Shown piece by piece: positions 29,233 to 40,220 of a stretch of 64,000 bases of DNA; within the stretch, counting starts at the first letter, position 1; each line of letters opens with the position of its first letter. The position numbers and the translations under genes were made by a program. The notes beneath the pieces are model-generated. The model saw only the letters and a list, made by a program, of their open reading frames with translations. It was not told where the DNA came from and did no database searches. Where the stretch lies: positions 6,553 to 70,552 of the forward strand of contig CAZATP010000014.1 of assembly GCA_964488095.1 (NCBI GenBank). Reading direction: 5' to 3'. Source of the DNA: an uncultured Chryseobacterium sp. GTDB taxonomy: Bacteria; Bacteroidota; Bacteroidia; UBA10329.

Positions 29233-31407
29233 ATGCTCCGAATCACGGTAGCCCTCCTCGTGCTCTGCCAATTGGCCCACGCTCAACTTGCGATACGCAA
29301 CGGTGTGGGCATACCCACTCGGGACACCTTGCGCATACTGATCGTATTCGCAGAGATCGATTTCTCGCAGGGCCCATGCAATGGCAGTATCGTAGAGGAT
29401 TTCACTGGAGATTGGCCGAAAGACCGCGCTGGCAGAACACTTCCCCCAACATTCGCAGGCGATTTTCTGGATGCCACCATTGATGGGCGGAATCCAATGA
29501 GAGGATTCATCACGCGGTTCTACCATGAGGCATCGTTCGGACATTATGTGCTGCTGGGCGACCACATTCCTGAAGTGGTGAGCGTGCCGTGCAGCGAGGT
29601 GCAGAGCGGTAACCATGGGCTCGAACTCATCCTGAAACAACTGGCCGAATCGCGCCCAGGGTCGCCTACCCTTCACACTTCACGCGGCTTCCCTCTGGAA
29701 CATTTCGACCAATGGACCAACACAGGACAGGGCAAGGAGAAACTGAAAGAACCCGATGGCCTCATCGACCTGCTCTACATCGTTTGGAGGAACAACAATG
29801 TGCTCACTGGCAAAGGCACACGCGACCATGCAGGATTCGGGGTCACCACCTCCAAGGGCAGAGCTTTCAAGGACATGAAAGGAGTGGCCAACATGGCATC
29901 GTTCAATGTGAGTTCCAATCCCGACAAGGCCCAGCACATCACCATGGCAGAGCACCTGCATGGCATTTTTGGAGGCAATCATTGGCACTCGGCCGGAGGT
30001 CGCGGCATGCACACCTTCCTGATGCCGCCCGCATCGTATGGACTCACGGCCCAGTCGGGAGGAACCATGCTCGCTGCCAGCGGTTGGGACAGATGGATGA
30101 TGGACTGGCGGCCCGAAGGGAAGAAACACACCATCAGTGCACTGAACGAGCAACGGAAAGAAGTGAACACCGAACACCTCGCCCTCGGACAGGCCAGAGG
30201 AGAGCAGACCTTCATTCTCCGCGACCACATGAGTACGGGTGATGCCCTGCGCATCAAGCTTCCGTTCATCGATTGGAAAACGGACGGAGATGTGAAGAAT
30301 CAATATCTCTGGATAGAGAACAGGCAGATGACCGCATTCAGCGACCGCTATCTCGAGGCCGACTGCGCCAACAGCGATGATGGGCGTTTCCCTCGCGGCA
30401 CACCGGGCATCTATGCCTACATTCAGGTGGGCAAGGACCAATCGGAGGGCGATGCATCCATCTACAGCTCCAAGGCCTCGCATCCCAACGGACTTGCAAG
30501 CCCGTTCTTCCCGCTGCCTGCTGAAGGACGCTTCGACTTCCACTTTCGCACAGACCGATTGCAGGCAGGCAACTTCGGCATAGGCTGCAACTGGGGGATT
30601 GAGAATGTCCCCAAGGATATGGCCCGCAGCCGACCGAATCCGCTCTCCGGCCTCTCAGACCTCTATTGCCAAATGGACTACAACGAAGATGGCAAGCTGT
30701 ATTCGGGCGACAGAATCTATACTGGCCTCAGCAAGATGAGTGGCGACAGCGCAATCCACGACTACCACATGAACGGTGACTGGCTGGATGCTTTCTCATC
30801 GGCATCAGGGAAAATGGAGATGTCATTGAGCACCAACCCCGCACCGGTGCCAGTGGTCACCTACTCAAGCAACTTCGAATTCGGACAGTTCGGATTCAGG
30901 AACGGTGAGTTCCAAAGCCATGAGAACCGGGTGGTACACCTCAATGGCATCCGTCTGAAGTTTGAAGAACTGGCGAACGGTGAAATAAAAGTGCTGCTGC
31001 GATGGGATGATTTTGATGTGAGGAATGATGTGCGGTGGTGCGGTACCATCGTGCAGCACCCGCATCCATTTGACACGCAACTGCCGACTCTGAAACTTGC
31101 CCCGAGAAAGAAACTTCTTTTGGAAAGAGGGGACAGCCCCGAATTTCATGAGAGCCAAACAAAAGACAAGCACGGCAAATGGGCATTCACGGCCCCTACC
31201 TCCTACACCGTCACCAAAGGTTCCATAGTAGAATTGGGACCGCGAGCAAGAATCATCATCAACGATGACAGTCACCTCCTCTTCGAGGATAGTACAAAGC
31301 TCATCCTTGGCGAAAAGTCCACCATCGTGGTAGGCAAGAACGCCAGATTAAGCATCTCCTCAACAGAAATTCAATTCGGCAAAGGCGCCAGGATCATCCG
31401 AAAGTGA
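29233..31407 (+). CDS. Large secreted hypothetical protein (about 725 aa)
   Basis: Signal peptide MLRITVALLVLCQLAHAQ. The start is ambiguous (29113, 29197 or 29233). No confident family assignment, and no canonical HExxH. Confidence 0.5.
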   Translation: MLRITVALLVLCQLAHAQLAIRNGVGIPTRDTLRILIVFAEIDFSQGPCNGSIVEDFTGDWPKDRAGRTLPPTFAGDFLDATIDGRNPMRGFITRFYHEASFGHYVLLGDHIPEVVSVPCSEVQSGNHGLELILKQLAESRPGSPTLHTSRGFPLEHFDQWTNTGQGKEKLKEPDGLIDLLYIVWRNNNVLTGKGTRDHAGFGVTTSKGRAFKDMKGVANMASFNVSSNPDKAQHITMAEHLHGIFGGNHWHSAGGRGMHTFLMPPASYGLTAQSGGTMLAASGWDRWMMDWRPEGKKHTISALNEQRKEVNTEHLALGQARGEQTFILRDHMSTGDALRIKLPFIDWKTDGDVKNQYLWIENRQMTAFSDRYLEADCANSDDGRFPRGTPGIYAYIQVGKDQSEGDASIYSSKASHPNGLASPFFPLPAEGRFDFHFRTDRLQAGNFGIGCNWGIENVPKDMARSRPNPLSGLSDLYCQMDYNEDGKLYSGDRIYTGLSKMSGDSAIHDYHMNGDWLDAFSSASGKMEMSLSTNPAPVPVVTYSSNFEFGQFGFRNGEFQSHENRVVHLNGIRLKFEELANGEIKVLLRWDDFDVRNDVRWCGTIVQHPHPFDTQLPTLKLAPRKKLLLERGDSPEFHESQTKDKHGKWAFTAPTSYTVTKGSIVELGPRARIIINDDSHLLFEDSTKLILGEKSTIVVGKNARLSISSTEIQFGKGARIIRK

Positions 31408-31473
31408 GCCACAATCAGTAAAAGTCGCAGCGCTTGCATACATCGCCCGAACACATCTACCATCTTTGACCCC

Positions 31474-31746
31474 ATGCGCAAGCTTATCGCCATCACCGTC
31501 TTCTTATCAGTATGCTGCACTTCTCCAGCATTGGCCCAAAGCCAGGCAACGAAAGCGCAGAAGGAGACAGAAAAGAAGCAGGCCGCTCTCAAGAAAGAGG
31601 AACGGAAGGCCATGGAGGCAGGATTGAAAGCGCACATGAAAGCGCAGGACAAGGAGACCAGAAAGCGGATGAAACGATCGAAGAAGAAGGCAGACAAGGG
31701 CAACAGGCCCAAGAGTTGGAAACAGAAATCGAAAAAACAGAAGTAG
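31474..31746 (+). CDS. Small secreted Lys/Glu-rich basic protein
   Basis: Signal peptide then a highly charged low-complexity KxE/KK tail, 90 aa in all. Confidence 0.4.
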   Translation: MRKLIAITVFLSVCCTSPALAQSQATKAQKETEKKQAALKKEERKAMEAGLKAHMKAQDKETRKRMKRSKKKADKGNRPKSWKQKSKKQK

Positions 31747-31808
31747 ACAGGATTGAACGGCAAGTGCCGTGAGACCCTCACCACATTACAGAATCAAAAA
31801 AAGCAACC

Positions 31809-32255
31809 ATGGAAGAGTTGATATATCTGGCAGTGGCGGTCGGTTGGATGATCTTCAACGCCTTCAAGAAGTCTCAGGCGCAGAAGCCGAAAGAGATACC
31901 GGGTCAGCAGCGCAGGCCGGCACCTGAAGCGATGGAGACCGATGCTCCCATGACCATCGATGATATGATGCGCCAGCTGATGGGAGAAGAGCCGCGAGAG
32001 AAGCAACGCCCTGCCCCTTCAGCACCGAAGGCTGAACCGATTCAAGCACCCGTTCATGTGCACCGGCCATTGCAGCCAGTTGCTCCTCGCGTGTCCAGAC
32101 TTACCCCAAGAACATCGACCAGACGAGACCCATCTGTGAAAAGGGAGATCAATGAACCCATGCGACCGATAGAAGTAGAGGTTCTGGCCGATGAACGCTT
32201 CGACCTGAGAAATGCCATACGCTACAATGCGATACTCCAACGACCTTACGCTTAG
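31809..32255 (+). CDS. Membrane-anchored proline-rich protein (TonB-N-terminus-like)
   Basis: An N-terminal TM helix, then a Pro-rich spacer (RPAPEA, RPAPSAPKAEPIQAP) and a short C-terminal domain. Confidence 0.4.
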   Translation: MEELIYLAVAVGWMIFNAFKKSQAQKPKEIPGQQRRPAPEAMETDAPMTIDDMMRQLMGEEPREKQRPAPSAPKAEPIQAPVHVHRPLQPVAPRVSRLTPRTSTRRDPSVKREINEPMRPIEVEVLADERFDLRNAIRYNAILQRPYA

Positions 32256-32358
32256 CCCGTTAACAGCCTTTAACAATTGTTTAATGATTCCCGTGACCCG
32301 AATTGATGTTTTCTATTTTAGCCGCGCTTTTTTGGGAAGCATCTGAAACCGCACAGAT

Positions 32359-35300
32359 ATGATGAGAAGACTCCTACTACTTGCTACGATCTCTCTGTTC
32401 TCAGGGGCTGTTGCACACGCACAGATCGGCACGGGAACCCTTCAAGGGACCCTTACCGATGAGAACACGGGTGAGACCATCCCATTCGCCAACGTGGTGG
32501 TCATGCAGTCCGGACAACAGGTCACCGGAGCATCGACCGACTTTGACGGAAAGTACCGTATCGCGGCTCTTAAGCCGGGTTCAGACTATACTGTTAAGGC
32601 CTCTGTTGTAGGCTATGGTGCTCAGGAGAAGACCGGTGTGAAGGTCAGTGCCGGTCAGATCACCTTCGTTGACTTCAAGTTGGGGGCAGGTATCAAACTC
32701 GGTGAGGTCACCATCATTGAGTATGAGGTGCCCCTCATCGAAAAAGACGGTGGGGCCAAGACTACCGTCACCGGCAGGGACATCGAGAAGATGCCCAGCC
32801 GTGGTGCTAACGCTGCTATTACCTCCGTTGCAGGTGTTCAGGATAATGATGGTGCCATCGGAAGCGTACGCGGTACACGTGAGGGCTCCACTGACACCTA
32901 CATTGACGGTGTGAAGGTCCGTGGCTCGTCCAGTCTTCCACAAGGTGCCTATGAACAGGTGACCGTTCTCACCGGTGGTGTTCCCGCACAGTTCGGTGAT
33001 GCGACCGGTGGTATCATCTCTGTGACAACCAAAGGTGCTTCGCGGAAAACGACAGGCAGCATTGAATTGTTGAGTTCAGGAGGTATCCGTCTCAGCGACA
33101 AGAACAACTATTTCCTCGACCCACAGGGCTACCATCTTATAGGAGCGAACATCTCAGGTCCGCTGATTAGCATCAAGGACAAGGCGGACCCGGAAGGGAA
33201 AGCCAAGCGTCCACTATTGGGATACTTTCTTGCTGGTGAGATCAACTACACTCAAGACCCACGGCCATCGGCCATCGGTCACTATTACGTGAACGATGAA
33301 AAATTGGCTGAACTTCAGGCAAATCCTATCATAAGGAACCCGAACGGAGGAAGTTTCCTTGCTTCTGAATTCGTTCGGACAAGTGACTTGGAATTCGATA
33401 GTCAGCGTAGAAATGTGCCCAGCCGTGGGGTTGTGGCCTCAGGCAACATTGACCTGTATACTACCCCGAACATCACATTCAAGGTCGGTGGCTCATTGGA
33501 CTTCAATGATCGCAGGCTTTACGACTACTCGAACTCTATGTTCAACTATCAGAATAACGGTGAGGAGATCAACAAGACTTGGAGGGTGTTCGGTCGCTTC
33601 ACCCAGCGTTTCAACAACGCAAAGCCCGAAGAAGGCAAGAAAGGCGGTGTGATCTCCAACGCATACTACAGCATTCAGGCCGACTATGAGCGCTTCACAC
33701 GCATCCGTCAGGACGCCCGACATGAGGACAACCTTTTCCGCTATGGATATGTGGGCAAGTTTGAGACATTGAAAGAGAAGACCTACGCATTCGGTATTGA
33801 CGAGGTGACCGGTCTTCCAGGGTTCCTTCAGGGTCCGGACCGCGATACAACTGTGCTCTTCACCGCTTCGGACATCAACCCACAACTTTCTGCCTACACG
33901 CAACAGTACTACAACCTCTATGATGACCCTACTGGCCGCTACGAGAATCTGACACAGATCAACCAGGACCGGGGTGCATTGCGGAATGGTGACCTTCCTT
34001 TGAACGTCTACAACATCTGGAGAAATACAGGCTACCCTTACAACGCCTACAACAAGCTGGATCAAAGTCAGTTCCGTGTATCCGCCACCGGTGCGTTCGA
34101 CCTCAAGAACCACAGCATTTCCCTTGGTTTCGAATATGAGCAGCGCAGTGACGCGTTCATCAGCTACACCCCTTACAACCTTTGGGAGCTTACCCGTCTG
34201 TACGCCAACAACCACATTTCGCAGCAGGACCGCACCAATCCTATCCTGCACTTTGATGCCAACGGCAACTATACTGATACTATCAGTTACAACCCGCTAT
34301 ACACGCCTGTGGACCCAAGCAATCCTCTTTTGGGCGGTGTGGGCCAGTCGTTCATCGACTATAACATGCGTGTTGCCTTGGGTCTGGACCCTGCTGGAAC
34401 AGACTGGTTGGACATCGACTCCTTCGACCCGTCCTTCTTCCAGACCTCTTGGTTCAGTGCGGACGAGCTTTTGAACAACGGTAACTACCGTGCTCTGTAC
34501 TACGGTTTCGACCACACTGGTCAGCGCCTTTCTGGGACTCCGACCTTTGAGGACTTCTTCACCGAGAAAGATCAATACGGACGCTTCACCCGTAAGGTGG
34601 CTCCATTCGAACCTATCTACATGTCCGGTTTCATTCAGGATGAATTCACCTTCAAGGACCTCATCTTCCGTGTCGGTGTGCGTGTGGACCGCTTCGATGC
34701 CAACCAGAAGGTGCTGAAAGACCCGTACTCACTGGTAGAGACCTTCAAAAAAGGCGATGTGAGTTCGCTGCCCGGTGGTATCGCAGTATCTCACCCCAGC
34801 AACATTGCTGATGATGCTGTTGTCTACGTGAATGATCGCACAGCTCCTACCGCTATCGTAGGCTACCGTGAAGGTGATACTTGGTATAATGCTCAGGGTG
34901 TAATCATCACCGACCCATCTGCCCTTCGCACAGGCACTGGTATCGCTCCTTATCTGGTGAATGCCAACTACGGGACCGGTGGAGAGACGAGTGCTCCGAA
35001 AATCGAATCCGGAGCGTTCAAGGATTATGACCCTCAGGTCAACGTGATGCCACGTATCTCTTTCTCATTCCCTATCTCTGAGGACGCCTTGTTCTTTGCC
35101 AACTATGACGTGCTGACACAACGTCCACTTGACGGGAACAGACTGAGCCTGGTGGACTATCTGTTCATCGAGAACATCGGCAATGACATTGTGAACAACC
35201 CTGACCTTCGCCCTGAGACCACAATTGAATACGCGATCGGTTTCAAACAGAAGCTCAGCAAGCGTTCGGCCATTGAACTGAACGGTTTCTATCGTGAGAT

Positions 35301-36126
35301 GCGCGACCAGATCACAGTGTTCCGCGTGAATGAGGCTTACCCAAGAACCTATCTTACGTTCCGCAACCTTGACTTCGGAACAGTGAAGGGTCTCACGCTG
35401 TCCTATGATCTCCGCAGGACCAACAATATCCAACTGCGTGTGTCCTACACCCTGCAATTCGCAGATGGTACCGGCTCGAACTCGACCACCAGCCAGAACC
35501 TGATCAATGCCGGTTTCCCGAACCTCCGTGTGACACAGCCACTCGACTTCGACCAGCGTCACAACATCGTAGTCAGTGCAGACTACCGTTTCGGTGGAGG
35601 CAAGAATTACACCGGTCCAAAGACTACGACCAAGAATGGAAAGGTCATCAACTGGTTTGAGAACTTCGGGATTTTCGCCATCATACGTGCCGGCTCAGGA
35701 ACACCGTACTCTGCGCAAACGAATACCACTGCTGACGCTCTGATAAGTGGTGGTGCCTCAGGCTTCCTTGAAGGCTCCATCAATGGTTCGTCCAAGCCTT
35801 GGCAGTTCCGTATTGACGCGAGGATAGACCGTGACTTCACCATCAAGTGGAATAAAGGCTCAGAGGGCAAACCTGCCAAGACCTCTGTGCTCAATTTCTA
35901 CTTGGACCTTCAAAACCTCTTGAACACACAGAACGTGATCAGTGTGTACCGTGCCACTGGTAATGCTGACGATGATGGTTATCTGGCTGCCGCCCAGAGC
36001 CAGGTGGATATTGCCAATCAGACTAATGAACAATCATTCCGTGATCTGTATTCCGTGAAGGCCAACAACCCGGCCAACTTCTCCATTCCGAGGAGGTTCA
36101 GGGTCGGCCTCATGCTCAACTTCTAA
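32359..36126 (+). CDS. TonB-dependent-receptor-like outer-membrane barrel with N-terminal carboxypeptidase-regulatory-like domain (1255 aa)
   Basis: Signal peptide, a CarboxypepD_reg-like beta-sandwich (GTLQGTLTDENTGETIPFANVVV), a plug-like segment (GVQDNDGAIGSVRGTREGSTDTYIDGVKV) and a C-terminal aromatic barrel terminus (GLMLNF). Confidence 0.75.
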   Translation: MMRRLLLLATISLFSGAVAHAQIGTGTLQGTLTDENTGETIPFANVVVMQSGQQVTGASTDFDGKYRIAALKPGSDYTVKASVVGYGAQEKTGVKVSAGQITFVDFKLGAGIKLGEVTIIEYEVPLIEKDGGAKTTVTGRDIEKMPSRGANAAITSVAGVQDNDGAIGSVRGTREGSTDTYIDGVKVRGSSSLPQGAYEQVTVLTGGVPAQFGDATGGIISVTTKGASRKTTGSIELLSSGGIRLSDKNNYFLDPQGYHLIGANISGPLISIKDKADPEGKAKRPLLGYFLAGEINYTQDPRPSAIGHYYVNDEKLAELQANPIIRNPNGGSFLASEFVRTSDLEFDSQRRNVPSRGVVASGNIDLYTTPNITFKVGGSLDFNDRRLYDYSNSMFNYQNNGEEINKTWRVFGRFTQRFNNAKPEEGKKGGVISNAYYSIQADYERFTRIRQDARHEDNLFRYGYVGKFETLKEKTYAFGIDEVTGLPGFLQGPDRDTTVLFTASDINPQLSAYTQQYYNLYDDPTGRYENLTQINQDRGALRNGDLPLNVYNIWRNTGYPYNAYNKLDQSQFRVSATGAFDLKNHSISLGFEYEQRSDAFISYTPYNLWELTRLYANNHISQQDRTNPILHFDANGNYTDTISYNPLYTPVDPSNPLLGGVGQSFIDYNMRVALGLDPAGTDWLDIDSFDPSFFQTSWFSADELLNNGNYRALYYGFDHTGQRLSGTPTFEDFFTEKDQYGRFTRKVAPFEPIYMSGFIQDEFTFKDLIFRVGVRVDRFDANQKVLKDPYSLVETFKKGDVSSLPGGIAVSHPSNIADDAVVYVNDRTAPTAIVGYREGDTWYNAQGVIITDPSALRTGTGIAPYLVNANYGTGGETSAPKIESGAFKDYDPQVNVMPRISFSFPISEDALFFANYDVLTQRPLDGNRLSLVDYLFIENIGNDIVNNPDLRPETTIEYAIGFKQKLSKRSAIELNGFYREMRDQITVFRVNEAYPRTYLTFRNLDFGTVKGLTLSYDLRRTNNIQLRVSYTLQFADGTGSNSTTSQNLINAGFPNLRVTQPLDFDQRHNIVVSADYRFGGGKNYTGPKTTTKNGKVINWFENFGIFAIIRAGSGTPYSAQTNTTADALISGGASGFLEGSINGSSKPWQFRIDARIDRDFTIKWNKGSEGKPAKTSVLNFYLDLQNLLNTQNVISVYRATGNADDDGYLAAAQSQVDIANQTNEQSFRDLYSVKANNPANFSIPRRFRVGLMLNF

Positions 36127-36147
36127 TCTGGAACGATTAAAAAAGAA

Positions 36148-39100
36148 ATGGTCATGTCGAAACAAATGAGAATACTCGCAACAGCCTCGTTGGCCGTGCT
36201 TATCGCACTGCCTGCATTCGCTGAGAAGTCAAAGGGCATTGATGGGAAGAAGTCTGCGAAGGCCGCTGGTCCAAAGGACATAGCTGCGGAATGCGCACCG
36301 CCTTCCGCATCCATTGAACTTTCACTCAACAACGTGCGCGCCACCATTCACAGCGGTGGCGACATGTGGTGGGACCTTTTGGGCACGCCTCGCTATGAGG
36401 TCCCTAAGGGCGGTGGGGTGCATGCCCTTTTCGCTGGATCACTTTGGATGGGTGGAACGGACGTGAACAACCAGCTCAAGCTGGCCGCCATGCGTTTCCG
36501 TCAGGTAGGTTTCGACTATTGGCCCGGCCCACTGAGCACAATCACTGCGGAGATCGATCCTGAGACCTGTGCGGCCTACGACAAGTTCTTCAAGATCACG
36601 CGTCCGGAGGTGGATAAGTTCGTTGCATGGTATCTCTGCAAGACCGACCCTGAATGTGACGAGAGTGTTGACCACTCCGGTTATGTTATTCCACCCTCCA
36701 TTCTCAATTGGCCGGCACATGGCGACATCGGGATGGGTCAGGATTACAACCTTGCTCCATACTATGATGCTGACGGCAATGGAAGCTACAATCCCGAAGA
36801 CGGTGGTGACTATCCGTACTACGACCTGAATCCTACTGAATTTGACTGCCTGCGTGAGCGCTCGGTGAAACTTTTCGGTGACGAGACCCATTGGTGGGTC
36901 TTCAACGACAAGGGTAACATCCATACGGAGTCAGGCGGAACGGCCATCGGTATGGAGGTGCGTGGTCAGGCGTTCGCATTCTCGACCAATGACGAGATCA
37001 ACGACATGACGTTCTACAACTACGAACTCATCAACCGTGGATCATTCACCTTGGCCAACACCTATTTCGCACAATGGGTTGACCCTGACCTCGGTTTCGC
37101 TCAGGATGACTACGTAGGCTGTGATGTGCGCAGAGGTCTCGGGTATTGCTATAATGGTAGCCCGATTGATGGTACTGGTGGACCTCTTCAATACGGGGCC
37201 AACCCTCCGGCCGTTGGAGTTGACTTCTTCCAAGGTCCTTATCAGGACAATGATGGCAATGACAATCCGCTGTACACGAACTGTGAGGTTTCACAGGCGT
37301 TCACAGAAGGTGGAATTGTCTACGGTGGCATAGGTGTGGGTTATGGTGACGGCATTGTGGATAACGAGCGTTTCGGCATGAGACGCTTCGTTTACCACAA
37401 CAATGATGCTTCCGTGTTCGGAGACCCACAGACCGCTGCTGAGTACTATAACTACATGCGCGGTATCTGGAGGGACAACAACCCGATGTGCTATGGTGGC
37501 AATGGTCACCCGAACAGCGGTTGCAACGTAGGCGTACCCGCAGGATACATGTTCCCAGGTGATTCTGACCCTTGTGGTTGGGGTACGAGTGGTCAACCAC
37601 AGGCCCTTTGGACAGAACAGACCGCAGGAAACCTTCCCTTCGACCGGAGGTTCATGCAATCAGCAGGTCCTTTCACCTTGGAATCTGGAGCTGTGAACGA
37701 CCTCACTGTGGGTGTGGTTTGGGCAAGAGCCACCAACGCCAGCGACCCATACGCTTCTGTTCAGAAGCTCCGTTTGGTGGACGACAAGGCTCAGGCTCTG
37801 TTCGACAATTGCTTCGTGTTGATTGACGGACCGGATGCGCCAGACCTGAGCGTCATCGAACTGGACCGTGAGCTGGTGCTGTTGCTTTCCAACCCCGCCA
37901 CTTCCAACAACCGCAACGAGGATTACGCGCAGATTGACCCGTTCATCGTAAGCCCTGATGGAGAGACTTGGGACAATGTGTACCGTTTCGAGGGATACCA
38001 GATTTATCAATTGAAGAACCTCACCGTCTCTTCTTCTGATCTGCAGAATCCGGATGTGGCGAGATTGGTAGCACAGTGTGACATCAAGAACATTGACCCA
38101 CTGACCAACGCTCCCATTGCCCAGTTGATAAACTTCACTTTCTCGGAGGAGCTGAATGCGAGTGTACCCGTGGAAATGGTAAATGGATCGAACGAAGGTC
38201 TGAAGCACTCCTTCAGGGTAACTCAGGATCTTTTCGCGACTGGCGACCGTAGGCTTGTGAACCACAAGACCTACTACTACATGGCCGTGGCGTACTCCTA
38301 CAACAACTATAAGACCTACAACCAGAATGATCCTTTTGCCCTTGATGGTCAGAAGACCCCATATTTGGCCGGTCGTAAGAATGCCTCAGGCGGTGCTATT
38401 GCACCTGTTACTGGTATTCCTCACATTCTCGCCCCTGAACAGGCCGGTACGATTGTGAGCGTGAACTACGGTGATGGCCCCCGACTGACCCGCATCGAAG
38501 GCCGTGGAAACGGAGCCCGTGACCTCGTTCTGTCCCAGAAATCCTTGAATGACATCGTTACAAGCAACGAAGGACGTGTGAAAGAAATCACATACGACTT
38601 TGGCAAAGGCCCTGTTGAAATCAAGGTCATCGACCCGAAGAGAGTTCCTCTGGCCGATTTCGTTTTCCGCATGCTTGATACCATTACCCCGGGCAATCTC
38701 ACGGATGCCTACTGGTCATTGGAGTGTGTCGGTTCTGGTTGTCCAACGGTAAGTGGATCAACCACTGTTTATGCAAGCAAGCCAATCGGTCTTTCAAACG
38801 GTGATGAGAAACTTATTCCTGAGTGGGGTCTGTCGGTGTTCCTAACACAGACCATCGATCCGGGTGACGAGGCAGCAGGCATGGGTCTGATTGATTCTCG
38901 CATCAGTTTCTCAGGCACTAACTTCTGGCTCACCGGCATTCCGGATGTGGATGGTGTGAGTCCGTTCAACTGGATTCGTTCTGGTTCTGTCGCTCCCAAC
39001 GAGCCGCCCACCGGTGATGAGGACTATGGTGACCCTAATCAGGTGTTTGAGACCGTCCTTAACGGCACATGGGCACCCTACAAGTTGGCCAGCCATAAAG

Positions 39101-40188
39101 ATGATGTGATGTCGCCAACCTGGAGCCAATTCAAGGCCCTGAATGACCTTCGTAACCTTGCGGGCGTGGACATCATCATCACCTCCGACCGTAGCAAGTG
39201 GTCACGCTGCCCCGTATTCGAAGTGGCAGATGAGAGTGTGCCGCGTATCGGAAATGCACGGAGATTCAATCTGCGCATGAGTCCCTCAGTGGATCAGGAC
39301 GGTCGTCCGGACGGCTCCGGCACCAACGGCATGAGCTGGTTCCCAGGCTATGCGGTGAACGTAGAGACCGGTGAGCGCCTGAACATCGCATTCGGTGAGA
39401 GCTCTTGGCTCATTCAGGAGAACGGTGGCGACATGATCTGGAATCCGACCGGAAGTGTTCTTGACAACAATTTCAACCAAGCTACAGGTTTCCCGAACGT
39501 GCTGTTCGGTGGTGGTCACTACATCTATGTGTTCGGACATAACGGGGATAACCCCACCAATGATGTTCCTGCCTACGATGAAGGTGCGTTCATCTTCTCC
39601 AAACTGTCCGAGAACAACTACAACCCGTCAAATGCTGAGAAGCGCAGGGTATTCAAGGACTGCATGTGGGTAGGTCTTCCACTCTTGGCGGAAGGTGGTC
39701 GCCTGTTGGCGAGCGATGTTCAAGTTCAGGTGCGGGTCACCAAGCCATTCCGTTCTGACATGGCTGTCGGATGGACTGTTGCTCAGCCTGAGAATGACAA
39801 CCTACCTATGTACACCTTCAGCACAGGTGATTTCGCCACTGTTCGTGGTGACCTTACCACTGCGCAGAACGCTTTGGACATCATCCGTGCGGTTCCGAAC
39901 CCGTACTACGCCAACTCAGGTTACGAGCGCACGCAGCTGGACAACATCGTTAAGATTACTAACCTGCCAGATGTATGCACCATCCGCATCTATACTGTGA
40001 ACGGCATCCTCGTCAGAGAGATCAAAAAGGACTCCCCTATCACTTCGGTGGATTGGGACCTGAAGAACCACAAATCTGTGCCAGTGGCCAGTGGAGTATA
40101 TCTGATTCACATCGAGGCTCCGGGCATAGGTGAAAAGGTGATCAAGTGGTTTGGAACGGTACGCCAATTGGACCTCGATTCCTTCTGA
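36148..40188 (+). CDS. Large secreted protein with T9SS C-terminal sorting domain (1346 aa). Candidate PorU-like protein or a novel cargo
   Basis: Signal peptide and CTD-like C-terminus (VPNPYY...IRIYTVNGILVREI...SGVYLIHIEA...KVIKWFG). It lies 21 nt downstream of the TBDT-like gene and 32 nt upstream of the PorV-like gene. Confidence 0.6.
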   Translation: MVMSKQMRILATASLAVLIALPAFAEKSKGIDGKKSAKAAGPKDIAAECAPPSASIELSLNNVRATIHSGGDMWWDLLGTPRYEVPKGGGVHALFAGSLWMGGTDVNNQLKLAAMRFRQVGFDYWPGPLSTITAEIDPETCAAYDKFFKITRPEVDKFVAWYLCKTDPECDESVDHSGYVIPPSILNWPAHGDIGMGQDYNLAPYYDADGNGSYNPEDGGDYPYYDLNPTEFDCLRERSVKLFGDETHWWVFNDKGNIHTESGGTAIGMEVRGQAFAFSTNDEINDMTFYNYELINRGSFTLANTYFAQWVDPDLGFAQDDYVGCDVRRGLGYCYNGSPIDGTGGPLQYGANPPAVGVDFFQGPYQDNDGNDNPLYTNCEVSQAFTEGGIVYGGIGVGYGDGIVDNERFGMRRFVYHNNDASVFGDPQTAAEYYNYMRGIWRDNNPMCYGGNGHPNSGCNVGVPAGYMFPGDSDPCGWGTSGQPQALWTEQTAGNLPFDRRFMQSAGPFTLESGAVNDLTVGVVWARATNASDPYASVQKLRLVDDKAQALFDNCFVLIDGPDAPDLSVIELDRELVLLLSNPATSNNRNEDYAQIDPFIVSPDGETWDNVYRFEGYQIYQLKNLTVSSSDLQNPDVARLVAQCDIKNIDPLTNAPIAQLINFTFSEELNASVPVEMVNGSNEGLKHSFRVTQDLFATGDRRLVNHKTYYYMAVAYSYNNYKTYNQNDPFALDGQKTPYLAGRKNASGGAIAPVTGIPHILAPEQAGTIVSVNYGDGPRLTRIEGRGNGARDLVLSQKSLNDIVTSNEGRVKEITYDFGKGPVEIKVIDPKRVPLADFVFRMLDTITPGNLTDAYWSLECVGSGCPTVSGSTTVYASKPIGLSNGDEKLIPEWGLSVFLTQTIDPGDEAAGMGLIDSRISFSGTNFWLTGIPDVDGVSPFNWIRSGSVAPNEPPTGDEDYGDPNQVFETVLNGTWAPYKLASHKDDVMSPTWSQFKALNDLRNLAGVDIIITSDRSKWSRCPVFEVADESVPRIGNARRFNLRMSPSVDQDGRPDGSGTNGMSWFPGYAVNVETGERLNIAFGESSWLIQENGGDMIWNPTGSVLDNNFNQATGFPNVLFGGGHYIYVFGHNGDNPTNDVPAYDEGAFIFSKLSENNYNPSNAEKRRVFKDCMWVGLPLLAEGGRLLASDVQVQVRVTKPFRSDMAVGWTVAQPENDNLPMYTFSTGDFATVRGDLTTAQNALDIIRAVPNPYYANSGYERTQLDNIVKITNLPDVCTIRIYTVNGILVREIKKDSPITSVDWDLKNHKSVPVASGVYLIHIEAPGIGEKVIKWFGTVRQLDLDSF

Positions 40189-40220
40189 CCCTTCGCAATT
40201 GACCAGTATCAAACACCAGT

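Noticed and set aside
29233-31407. Considered calling the 764-aa secreted protein a zinc metalloprotease because of the AEHLHGIFGG segment
   Set aside because: The segment is not a canonical HExxH (or HxxEH) zincin motif, and no other protease signature was found. It is left as hypothetical.
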